From: a virus
Taxonomy: Duplodnaviria; Heunggongvirae; Uroviricota; Caudoviricetes
IMG/VR virus record: IMGVR_UViG_2681813321_000028
Length of the DNA stretch: 15,746 nt
Direction: 5' to 3' (one strand)
In this document: one piece after another, positions 1-6,999 of the stretch
Position numbering within the stretch: the first letter of the stretch is position 1
How the letters are laid out: the number at the start of each line of letters is the position of its first letter
Notes under the pieces: model-generated
What the model was told of the DNA's origin: nothing
The model's input: only the letters and a program-made list of their open reading frames with translations
Database searches by the model: none
Position numbers and translations under genes: made by a program

Positions 1-74
1 TCCTTGCGGCCGGGCGTGGAGAGCGCTTTCTCGCCTCCGGGGGAAATACCCATAAGTGTATCGGCTGGCGTTAG

Positions 75-389
75 TCCCCGGAGGTTGCGCCTTATCGCTG
101 GCCATTTGAAGAAAACGGGAGAACTTTCGACCTTGCGATTGAACCGCAGATTACGACTAATGATCTGCGTCTGATGTTGAGGCTGGCTCTTGCCGGCGGA
201 GGAATAACAATTGCCACTCAGGAAACTTTCAGGCCATATATTGAAAGCGGTAAGCTTGTATCGCTGCTTGATGACTTTCTTCCACAATTTCCGGGCTTCT
301 ATCTGTATTTCCCACAGCGTCGCAATATTGCACCAAAGCTCCGCGCCCTGATTGACTACGTCAAAGAATGGCGGCAGCAATTGGTTTAA
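75..389 (+). CDS. LysR-family transcriptional regulator, C-terminal (effector-binding domain) portion; 5' end outside window and reading frame interrupted
   Basis: Frame ending at TAA 387-389 translates to a typical LysR C-terminal region (LALAGGGITIATQETF...GKLVSLLDDF...YLYFPQRR). This frame has an in-frame TAG at 72-74, while a different frame is open from position 1 to about 183, implying a frameshift near the C-run at 76-79. Confidence 0.55.
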   Translation, partial: SPEVAPYRWPFEENGRTFDLAIEPQITTNDLRLMLRLALAGGGITIATQETFRPYIESGKLVSLLDDFLPQFPGFYLYFPQRRNIAPKLRALIDYVKEWRQQLV

Positions 390-856
390 ATAGCTGCACC
401 TGCACTGCCTGATGTCAGAACAGTATTTTGATGAATTGCCAAGGTTACAATGGCACAAATGCGGCACAGGAGGAAACGTGGTGTATTTAAATATGGGGTA
501 ACTCTTTGATTTTAATGGTGCGATAATAGGAACAAAACAAACAATAAAAATACATTGATATATAAAGATATTTTCACGTTACATCTTTGGAGATACCCCC
601 AAAAGTACCCCCCAAACAATTTTCTCTCACCACCATTTGCACATAAAGCAGCCATGTACAACTGGTAGTTGAACAGGCGGGTAGACCGTTCGTTCAGTAA
701 ATACCTGATATTTCCGCCAACGAGAAATTGCGTTGGCTGGCAGAGTGCAAATTTGCACGATGACCTAACCCATTGATTCTTTCGAAAACCTGCAATGCAG
801 GAAGCCGGATAACACCATTTTTATAGCTCCGATCCCTTCAAAGTGAGGGGTAATTT

Positions 857-886
857 GCCAAAACAGAGAGAGCATTACTGTCTCTG
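857..886 (-). terminator. Putative intrinsic terminator of the PerC-like gene
   Basis: Inverted repeat CAGAGA(864-869)/TCTCTG(881-886) overlapping the stop codon (875-877), followed on the minus strand by a short T-run (plus-strand AAAA 860-863). Confidence 0.3.
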
Positions 887-1162
887 GCAATCTTTATCGC
901 GATAACGCCTGAAGTACCCTCTCGCTTCCTCATCCATACCAAGAGCCGAATGAGTCCGCTTAACTGCCTGTCTTAAATCTCCGAATCTGTCTGTAGTTGC
1001 TGGTGGGCGTGCCGCCTTACGGATACATTCAGAGCGTCTGTTTGCTGCATGTTCACGTTCTTTATCGCCATCTGCCAGCATCATGACTTCTGCCCATCGT
1101 GCGGCAGCTCTCCGGTATAGCCCTTTTGACTCCAGTTCTTCAGCTTTCCTGTCCCTTATCAT
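875..1162 (-). CDS. PerC-family-like small transcriptional regulator (95 aa)
   Basis: ORF with RBS GAGG 5 nt before the ATG and a perfect TATAAT -10 (minus strand, plus coordinates 1176-1181). N-terminal motif EELESKGLYRRAAARWAEVM matches my recollection of the PerC/Pch family signature; not verified by search. Confidence 0.5.
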   Translation of the reverse strand: MIRDRKAEELESKGLYRRAAARWAEVMMLADGDKEREHAANRRSECIRKAARPPATTDRFGDLRQAVKRTHSALGMDEEARGYFRRYRDKDCQRQ

Positions 1163-1191
1163 TTCTGCCTCTCAGATTATATAGATAAGCA

Positions 1192-1319
1192 AAAAGGTGT
1201 TGGTTCAGTTGGTTCAGTTGGTTCAATTTGTAAAGATCGTTGTTTTTATTGTGTTTTTTCTGAAATATTGAACCAACATCAACTCATTTTGAACCAACAC
1301 AGCCCAGCTCTGAACCAAC
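1192..1319. repeat. Iteron cluster 1 (ori/crr-like): 3 tandem GTTGGTTCA + AT-rich spacer + 3 inverted TGAACCAAC at 21-bp spacing
   Basis: GTTGGTTCA at 1199-1207, 1208-1216, 1217-1225; AT-rich 1226-1268; TGAACCAAC at 1269-1277, 1290-1298, 1311-1319. Segment 1192-1236 is the exact reverse complement of 7628-7672. Confidence 0.75.
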
Positions 1320-1373
1320 AACACAGCGATAGCTTTGTGATTGGTCCGTTATTTTCTGGCTGATATTTGAGCG

Positions 1374-1404
1374 TATAACAGTGTTATACAGTGGTATACT
1401 GTAT
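1374..1404 (+). promoter_or_regulatory. Two overlapping palindromes (operator-like) immediately upstream of the RHH regulator gene
   Basis: TATAACAgTGTTATA (1374-1388) and ATACAGTggtatACTGTAT (1386-1404), both with perfect 7-bp arms; -10-like TATACT at 1395-1400; lies 18 bp upstream of the ATG at 1422. Confidence 0.5.
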
Positions 1405-1421
1405 GGATATTACTCACTGAT

Positions 1422-1877
1422 ATGGTCTTTGCAATGAGCAAATCTAATCTGGTCGCGTTCCGCATCCCATCTGAATTGCAGGATGAGTTTAATCGGTCTG
1501 TTCTCGCTTCTGGAGGGGATAAAACCTCCTGGCTTGTTGATGCGATTCGCATGAAGCTGGGACAGCCGGAAAAGTCTATTGATTCACGAATGCTTGGGCT
1601 GGTGGAGCGCATGGAAAAAGCCGCTGCGTCGCTTATTGCCGGAAAGCCGAACATCCCACCAAAGCCATATAACGAAACGGCAGTTATAAAGATCATTGCC
1701 GATACCATCCGACAGGGATTTGATAATGGGCGCGTGATAGCTGAACGGATCAATGAAGCAGGCTATCAAACAAAAGCTGGTAAAGCGTGGGATAAAGATA
1801 TTTACAGCGCGTGGAAGCGTCAGGGAAGCAATGCTGAAAAGTTAAAAGCGGTGATTGATTGTAAGGTCAGCGTATAA
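1422..1877 (+). CDS. DNA-binding protein: N-terminal ribbon-helix-helix-like, C-terminal resolvase-type HTH-like (151 aa)
   Basis: ORF 1422-1877. N-terminus NLVAFRIPSELQDEFNRSVLASGGDKTSWLVDAIRMKL fits the strand-helix-turn-helix pattern of RHH proteins; C-terminal IAERINEAGYQTKAGKAWDKDIYSAWKR resembles the DNA-binding tail of serine recombinases. Alternative start ATG 1434; no strong RBS. Confidence 0.6.
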   Translation: MVFAMSKSNLVAFRIPSELQDEFNRSVLASGGDKTSWLVDAIRMKLGQPEKSIDSRMLGLVERMEKAAASLIAGKPNIPPKPYNETAVIKIIADTIRQGFDNGRVIAERINEAGYQTKAGKAWDKDIYSAWKRQGSNAEKLKAVIDCKVSV

Positions 1878-1956
1878 ACATGAGTGCCCATTGGAAAACT
1901 GCTTGGGCCAATACCTTTATACACCAGCAGGTGGTGACGATGGGTGAGGATCAGGC

Positions 1957-2178
1957 ATGAAAGGCAGAACGCCACACATTGAACATCAAGCCAACCACTT
2001 CTCGGATGTTCGCAATGAGATGATTGCCATTCGCGGTGATATGCACGGCTTGGAGCGTCGAATTATTGATAAGATTGATGAAAATAGAGATAAGGCCAGT
2101 GAAAATCAAAAGTGGATCATCGGCCTGTTGATTTTATCAATGCTTATCCCGCTACTTATCGCATTGGTCACAAAATGA
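1957..2178 (+). CDS. Small coiled-coil protein with C-terminal transmembrane anchor (73 aa)
   Basis: RBS GGTGAGGA 1942-1949; C-terminal hydrophobic stretch WIIGLLILSMLIPLLIALV; ATGA overlap with an upstream 26-codon mini-ORF. Confidence 0.5.
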   Translation: MKGRTPHIEHQANHFSDVRNEMIAIRGDMHGLERRIIDKIDENRDKASENQKWIIGLLILSMLIPLLIALVTK

Positions 2179-2461
2179 ATATCCAATGTGTATGCTGTCG
2201 ATGCTACGCGCGCGTACTTGTCGCAAAATATCAGACAAAAGCCAGATTCAGAACGTCGTGATAACCACCAGCACAACAGAGAGGTCATGTAACGCGATTT
2301 ATCACACCAGATACATGTGATTGGTGTACCCGCATAAAACATCGTCATAGCGCGTCCTGTGCGCATATACGCCGATAATCAACACATCACCACCACTCTG
2401 TCTCGTGTAGAGAACAGTTTCATGGTATCCCCCGCCATCGTGTGCGTACTGGTCGGACGCA

Positions 2462-2481
2462 GTTGCAAAAAATTTTGCAAC
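2462..2481. promoter_or_regulatory. 20-bp palindrome GTTGCAAAA-AA-TTTTGCAAC flanked by repeated GCGCGTACTGGTC-type motifs
   Basis: Perfect 9-bp arms. GCGTACTGGTC occurs at 2444-2454 and 2497-2507, with related copies near 2213 and 2577. Function unknown. Confidence 0.3.
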
Positions 2482-2700
2482 TGATACCCCTCGCGCGCGT
2501 ACTGGTCACGAAATTGGTGTTTTGCTGTGGCAGTGATATCAGAAAAATCTTCCTGTTTCACATAAAGCGGATATGCGCGTACTGTAACGGCCCCATCAAC
2601 GGGGAGCGGATTTGAAATCCCGACCCAAGCTATGTACCAAATGCCATGTCTTGGATATATGATGATTGCCATTCTAAACAAAGCTAAAGGGAGGGTTGGT

Positions 2701-3051
2701 GTGAATGCTCAGGCTGTCATCATGGTTTTACTTGGTCTGATTGTCGCAAAACTATATCCAGACTGGTGGAAAGGGGCATTAGCAACTGTCGCCATCTATT
2801 TGCTTTTATCCGTCGTTAAGCGATCGTTCGTTAAGACCGTAAATCAAGCAAAACGTTTCTCATTTAAGAATTTAATAAACTATATTACTGGGCTTATTTT
2901 TTGCCTTTCAATTTTGATCGCTTCAGCTTTTTTGCCCGTATCAATAGCTAATTTTTTTGGCGCACCATATGAGGTAGGTTATCTATTCTCTGTTTTTTGT
3001 CTTGTTCTTTCCCTTCTTTACCTATGGATGAGAGCAAAGAACAAAAATTAG
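2701..3051 (+). CDS. Small polytopic membrane protein (about 116 aa from GTG 2701; ORF open from 2632)
   Basis: Strong RBS AAGGGAGGG (2687-2695) 5 nt before in-frame GTG 2701; alternative ATG 2722. Three to four hydrophobic segments. Markedly AT-rich relative to its neighbours. Confidence 0.5.
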   Translation: MNAQAVIMVLLGLIVAKLYPDWWKGALATVAIYLLLSVVKRSFVKTVNQAKRFSFKNLINYITGLIFCLSILIASAFLPVSIANFFGAPYEVGYLFSVFCLVLSLLYLWMRAKNKN

Positions 3052-3065
3052 CCATCCATGGCTAA
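3043..3065. terminator. Intrinsic terminator between convergent genes (clear for the minus-strand operon)
   Basis: Hairpin TTAGCCA-tcca-TGGCTAA (3048-3065) directly after the minus-gene stop (3070-3072), followed on the minus strand by UUUUU (plus AAAAA 3043-3047). Confidence 0.6.
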
Positions 3066-3069
3066 CCAG

Positions 3070-5175
3070 TTATTGAGATTCTTTTTGTGATGCCTGTGCG
3101 ACTCTGGTGAGCGATTGTGTGACCGTACTGATCGCTCTGTCATATGCTGTGCTACCTTTTGGCGTATTTGCCAGACGTAACAAGGCATTTCGTATAACAG
3201 GGCTTTCGTATGCCTTCGCTGCTCCGCCTACGGCACCAGCAGCAGGAACAACAAACGCAGCCGTTTTTAGCATCCCCGCTAATACTGCTGCGTTTATGAT
3301 GCCACCACCAACTAACAATCCATAAAGCTGCTGACCATTTAAGTTTTGAACGTTCGCTTTTGCCGCGTGTCTTGTATCGTTGAGGTATTTAATAACGCCG
3401 TCCAGTTCCTTTCCATGTACGCCTTTAAAGAAAGTTGCTGATTGCTTCCTGTTCCGGTGTAACGCATTAATAAACTTCTCAACACTGATATTTCCAGACG
3501 GATCAGTCGCCTTATCTACAGCATTCTGAACTATGGCTGCTCGTGCGTTTTGCCTACCATTGTCATCCAGAAGCCTGTAAAGCTGAGAACGTTCTGATGG
3601 GCTTTGGCTAAAAACGAGTTTTGTTACATCCTCAGGCGTGGCCTTGCCGCTGGCTATTGCCTTTTGAACGCGCGTTCTTCCCATCATGTCATTGAATTTA
3701 GACCATGAGCGATCAACCCTTGCCATATTAATGGCTTCGTCTGCTCCAAGATTTTTGGCTACGGCTTTTTTCATATCCGCCGTATATGCCTTGTAGATAA
3801 TATCGCTGGCTTTCTGGAGCGTATCTTTATCAACAGTGTCAGATGACGCCATAAATCGCTTTCGAAGATCGGTTCTGTTTTCCCTCGCCAGACGCAGGTC
3901 ATTTGGTCCGCTGGTGATATCGTCTTTAAATTGCTGCAAGACTTTTACCGCGGCTCTATCCTGAGATTTGCCCGGGCGGCTTAACACGGCAATCTGATTG
4001 TCGATAGCTTTTACCGTGTTTGAGAGATCGACAGGGGTATCCCCCATAGCGTCAATTATGCGGTTATATCGCTTTCCTGCTGCCTCAATGAATTTTTGTT
4101 GCCCTTTAGTCGCAGATTCATAAAGCTGTTTATCAGAAATGCCACCCAGACCATCGCTAAATGTTCTGACTAAATTTTCTCGTGCTTGTTGTTGATTCAG
4201 CCGATTCTTACCGGTTCCAAAAAAAGGAACTCTTTCGCCTAATGTCTGAGCCTGACTCTGCATAAAGGTTTTATCTTTCAGCATGTCACTGGTCATTAAC
4301 GGCAGATTTCTTTCCGATGCAAAGTCGACAGCAGCCTTTGCTTCAGGCGACATATCACCACGAACAGCCCTCGAAACCGCACTCGCTGTATTTTCCAGCC
4401 CCTTACCAATACCACCAATGCCAGCAGAAATTACCGTTTGTAACGGATCAATATCTTCTCCACCAGCAAGGCTGGTGGCTCCCTGTAGTGCTAAATCTGT
4501 AGCTGCTGATTTTCCTATGGCACTAAGCACCGTTCCAGCCCTGCCCGCTGGTGTAAACGCCAACGCATTAGCAAGAAACGAGGTCAGGTCTTGCGGTGAT
4601 AAACCCGGCTTGTTCAGGGCATAATCACCTGATGGCAGAGAAACGATAGTATTCCCCTTCTCATCCTGCCTTAATGTCGCCCCCATTCCCTGAAGAATCT
4701 TTTCCTGAGACGCGTCAGAGCCGAAAAGTTGAGACCATCCAGCCTTTAGGGCATCCATGCTTAGTGAGTTCAATTCTGGGGCAGAGGCGACATTTTGCAG
4801 TCTCTCCATCTCTGGAGTCATTCGGCTTTCGCCTGTTATAGCATCGCGCATCGCAGCCCCAAGACTGGCTCCCTGTTCTGCTGAACGCTCAAGCCCCTCT
4901 CTTTGCTGAGTAGCTAACTTTGCATACCCTGACGCAAGAGAATTATCAGATGATGTATGTTGAATATTTTGAGTTGCTGATTGGGATCGGTCTATTTCAT
5001 TCGTTGATGGTAGTGGATAGGCAGCATAAAAAGCCTGCTTAGCCTGCTCTACACTTTCTCCGGCTTGCGGGGCCACGACTTCATTGAAGTATTGCTCCTG
5101 AGCCTGCGCTTTTTGTTCTGGTGCTAACGCCTGATACTGTGGAGAGGCGATAACATCTTTCCATGCTTTAGCCAT
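3070..5175 (-). CDS. Hypothetical 701-aa protein, Ala/Gln/Ser-rich, with C-terminal Gly/Ala-rich hydrophobic hairpin (predicted membrane insertion)
   Basis: Long uninterrupted ORF; TAATG stop/start overlap with the upstream gene at 5173-5177; C-terminal segment LYGLLVGGGIINAAVLAGMLKTAAFVVPAAGAVGGAAKAY; no catalytic motif recognised by eye. Confidence 0.8.
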   Translation of the reverse strand: MAKAWKDVIASPQYQALAPEQKAQAQEQYFNEVVAPQAGESVEQAKQAFYAAYPLPSTNEIDRSQSATQNIQHTSSDNSLASGYAKLATQQREGLERSAEQGASLGAAMRDAITGESRMTPEMERLQNVASAPELNSLSMDALKAGWSQLFGSDASQEKILQGMGATLRQDEKGNTIVSLPSGDYALNKPGLSPQDLTSFLANALAFTPAGRAGTVLSAIGKSAATDLALQGATSLAGGEDIDPLQTVISAGIGGIGKGLENTASAVSRAVRGDMSPEAKAAVDFASERNLPLMTSDMLKDKTFMQSQAQTLGERVPFFGTGKNRLNQQQARENLVRTFSDGLGGISDKQLYESATKGQQKFIEAAGKRYNRIIDAMGDTPVDLSNTVKAIDNQIAVLSRPGKSQDRAAVKVLQQFKDDITSGPNDLRLARENRTDLRKRFMASSDTVDKDTLQKASDIIYKAYTADMKKAVAKNLGADEAINMARVDRSWSKFNDMMGRTRVQKAIASGKATPEDVTKLVFSQSPSERSQLYRLLDDNGRQNARAAIVQNAVDKATDPSGNISVEKFINALHRNRKQSATFFKGVHGKELDGVIKYLNDTRHAAKANVQNLNGQQLYGLLVGGGIINAAVLAGMLKTAAFVVPAAGAVGGAAKAYESPVIRNALLRLANTPKGSTAYDRAISTVTQSLTRVAQASQKESQ

Positions 5176-6653
5176 TAATCACCCCATAGTGAAGAAAAGT
5201 TACTGCTGGCTGCTGGCTGTGATACCTGCTCAGATTGCGGCAATGTCTGCGACGAAGAAGCAGTTCCTCTGTCAACTGCTGAAATAACCCGCAAAGCATC
5301 ATAAGTTCGACCAGAAGCAGCTTTCAGCGAATTGAACTGGTTTTCCATCTTCCGGCGCTTGGTATCAATGGTTTTTGTGGAATCACCAGGCTGAGGGAAA
5401 TACATTTGATAATATTTGGACATTTCAGCTGGTAGGATAGATGCCCCTGTTTCCTGACGGAGTATTGCCATTATTGCGTCATTAGCATTAACAACGTATT
5501 GCTGCTCTGCTGGGCTGAGCGTTAAGTTAGCCAGCGTCCCATTACCCAAAGCATTATTAATGATCGCCACTCGCTGTGGGCTAAGCTGGTCTTTCAGTGT
5601 ATCTATTGAATCAAGAGCATCCCTAACCCTGTATGCAAATCCAGCAGCTTTTTTAGCCCCTTCTGGCGACTTTTCCATGATCTTTTGGGCTGTTGGCAAA
5701 GCTATTGGACGAAACCCATCTCCAGATATTGGCTGGTTTAGTTTTCCCTGCTCTTCACTTCCGTCTGTGTAGTATTTTGTGACAGTGCCATCATCGTTTT
5801 CTCTAACACTCATTAATTTTTTGGCGTTTATATTAATTCCAGCCGCTGCCGCAAATGCCGCCGCCCCCTCTGGATCCGCCTTTAACATTTGAGCGTACTG
5901 ATTGTAATTCTGCATTGCTGCTGTTGGTGCATATGCTGACGTTAACGCATTTGCTCGGCTAATATCCTGCCCTCTCGCCTGAAGTGCTTCGCCAGCCTGA
6001 TTGCTGCGGATTGTCTCTGCCAACTTGCCACGCTCAATATCCCGACCTTCCATTTGATCTTTGATATCGAAATACTTCTCATGACCGAGAGAAAACAGCG
6101 CCAGATTACCTGCGAAATGCTGGAAGCCCTGCGGGTCATTAACCTGCATTTCAGCAATAGTTTCTGGAGGGATACCTAAACGACGCATCTCCTGCTCATT
6201 ATCCATCATGAACCTGCCAAATGCGCCCTGACCAAGCGATGAGGCTACCTGTGCTTTGAGCGCCAGATTGCCATAATCATCCCTTTGAGCATCATCGACA
6301 TAACTCATCCCTTTACGGACTTCCTCAAACTCTTCTGGGAATGCTGTAATAAGATTACGCATCTGCTCCCTGTCACCGGACGCATAAGCATCTGCATAAG
6401 CTTTCTGGAATGCCGCTTTACGCTCCTGCTGTTGCTGCTGCTTATAAATATCAGCAACGCCAGCCAGACCACGAAGACCTGTCAGAGCAACGTTATTTGC
6501 ACCTGAGCGAGCCAGTTCATTGTTTTCGCGGATCAGACCAAGCGTTGCGTTAATGTCGCTTGCCTTTGGCGCATTCTCATTTTGCGTACCGATGCCAGCC
6601 AGAAAACCACCAGAATTAATACCCTGTTGCCACGTAGCCATTGATTTACCCAC
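5175..6653 (-). CDS. Hypothetical 492-aa protein, low-complexity (poly-Q, Ala-rich), translationally coupled to the 701-aa gene
   Basis: ORF from GTG 6653 (or ATG 6641) to TAA 5175-5177; overlaps the upstream 57-aa ORF stop; contains QQQQQ and Gly-rich N-terminus GINSGGFLAGIG. Confidence 0.8.
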   Translation of the reverse strand: MGKSMATWQQGINSGGFLAGIGTQNENAPKASDINATLGLIRENNELARSGANNVALTGLRGLAGVADIYKQQQQQERKAAFQKAYADAYASGDREQMRNLITAFPEEFEEVRKGMSYVDDAQRDDYGNLALKAQVASSLGQGAFGRFMMDNEQEMRRLGIPPETIAEMQVNDPQGFQHFAGNLALFSLGHEKYFDIKDQMEGRDIERGKLAETIRSNQAGEALQARGQDISRANALTSAYAPTAAMQNYNQYAQMLKADPEGAAAFAAAAGININAKKLMSVRENDDGTVTKYYTDGSEEQGKLNQPISGDGFRPIALPTAQKIMEKSPEGAKKAAGFAYRVRDALDSIDTLKDQLSPQRVAIINNALGNGTLANLTLSPAEQQYVVNANDAIMAILRQETGASILPAEMSKYYQMYFPQPGDSTKTIDTKRRKMENQFNSLKAASGRTYDALRVISAVDRGTASSSQTLPQSEQVSQPAASSNFSSLWGD

Positions 6654-6819
6654 GTCCAGTTAAAGTGTAAGCCAGCGCCTTATCCATTAATCCCCGAGCA
6701 ATTTCGTGGATCGTTGGCGCAACTCCTACCTCTGATTTTTTACGCTGCTCCTCCTGAATTTTCTTTATCGCTTCCATTTGCTTCTCACTTATCAATACTG
6801 GCTTTACTGAAATAGCCAT
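6646..6819 (-). CDS. Small RHH-like protein (57 aa), first gene of the operon; absent from the supplied ORF track
   Basis: ATG at 6819-6817 preceded by RBS AAGGGGG (spacing 4-5); translation MAISVKPVLISEKQMEAIKKIQEEQRKKSEVGVAPTIHEIARGLMDKALAYTLTGRG has a strand-helix-loop-helix pattern; stop TAA 6646-6648 overlaps the start of the 492-aa gene. Confidence 0.5.
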   Translation of the reverse strand: MAISVKPVLISEKQMEAIKKIQEEQRKKSEVGVAPTIHEIARGLMDKALAYTLTGRG

Positions 6820-6852
6820 AACGCCCCCTTAGAACTGTATAAAACAACAGTC

Positions 6853-6881
6853 ATTATAGTTTCATAAAACGCAACATTCAT
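6853..6881 (-). promoter_or_regulatory. Putative sigma70 promoter of the 57/492/701 operon
   Basis: Perfect TATAAT on the minus strand (plus coordinates 6853-6858) about 35 nt upstream of the ATG; only a weak -35 (ATGAAT at 17-bp spacing). Confidence 0.3.
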
Positions 6882-6913
6882 CATTGTGATTGCAAAATAT
6901 GAAACAAATAGCA

Positions 6914-6947
6914 CAAAAAAATGCCACCGTTCAGTAGCTGGTGGCAT
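6914..6947 (-). terminator. Intrinsic terminator downstream of the 153-aa gene
   Basis: Perfect 8-bp stem ATGCCACC(6921-6928)/GGTGGCAT(6940-6947) with 11-nt loop, followed on the minus strand by a 7-nt U-run (plus AAAAAAA 6914-6920). Confidence 0.6.
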
Positions 6948-6999
6948 CGTTCTGTATGTCAGGTTTTGACAGTTTTTTTATGGACTCTAAAAACTATAT

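Noticed and set aside
390-430. Possible terminator after the LysR gene
   Set aside because: Only a 4-bp stem (ACTG/CAGT) with a long loop before TATTTT; too weak to call.
390-874. Search for a tRNA or tmRNA gene or 3' tRNA fragment as an attachment site
   Set aside because: No T-arm-like GGTTCGAATCC-type sequence or CCA-ended acceptor stem was recognisable by eye here or elsewhere in the window; the element boundary is unresolved.
1199-1225. Tandem 9-bp repeats considered as a possible CRISPR or minisatellite
   Set aside because: Units are contiguous 9-mers with no spacers and are mirrored next to a primase gene; this is iteron architecture, not CRISPR.
1349-1769. Minus-strand ORFs 1349-1753 and 1584-1769 antisense to the RHH regulator gene
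   Set aside because: They overlap the better-supported plus-strand gene, which has operator palindromes upstream, and lack start signals.
2106-2681. Minus-strand ORFs 2106-2366 and 2379-2681
   Set aside because: No RBS; the repeated DNA motifs fall in different frames, indicating non-coding repeats rather than protein repeats.
3107-6506. Plus- and minus-strand ORFs inside the 701-aa and 492-aa genes (3107-3325, 4283-4624, 4317-4502, 5560-5772, 5942-6157, 6285-6506)
   Set aside because: Shadow ORFs within long, well-supported coding frames; no RBS, odd composition.
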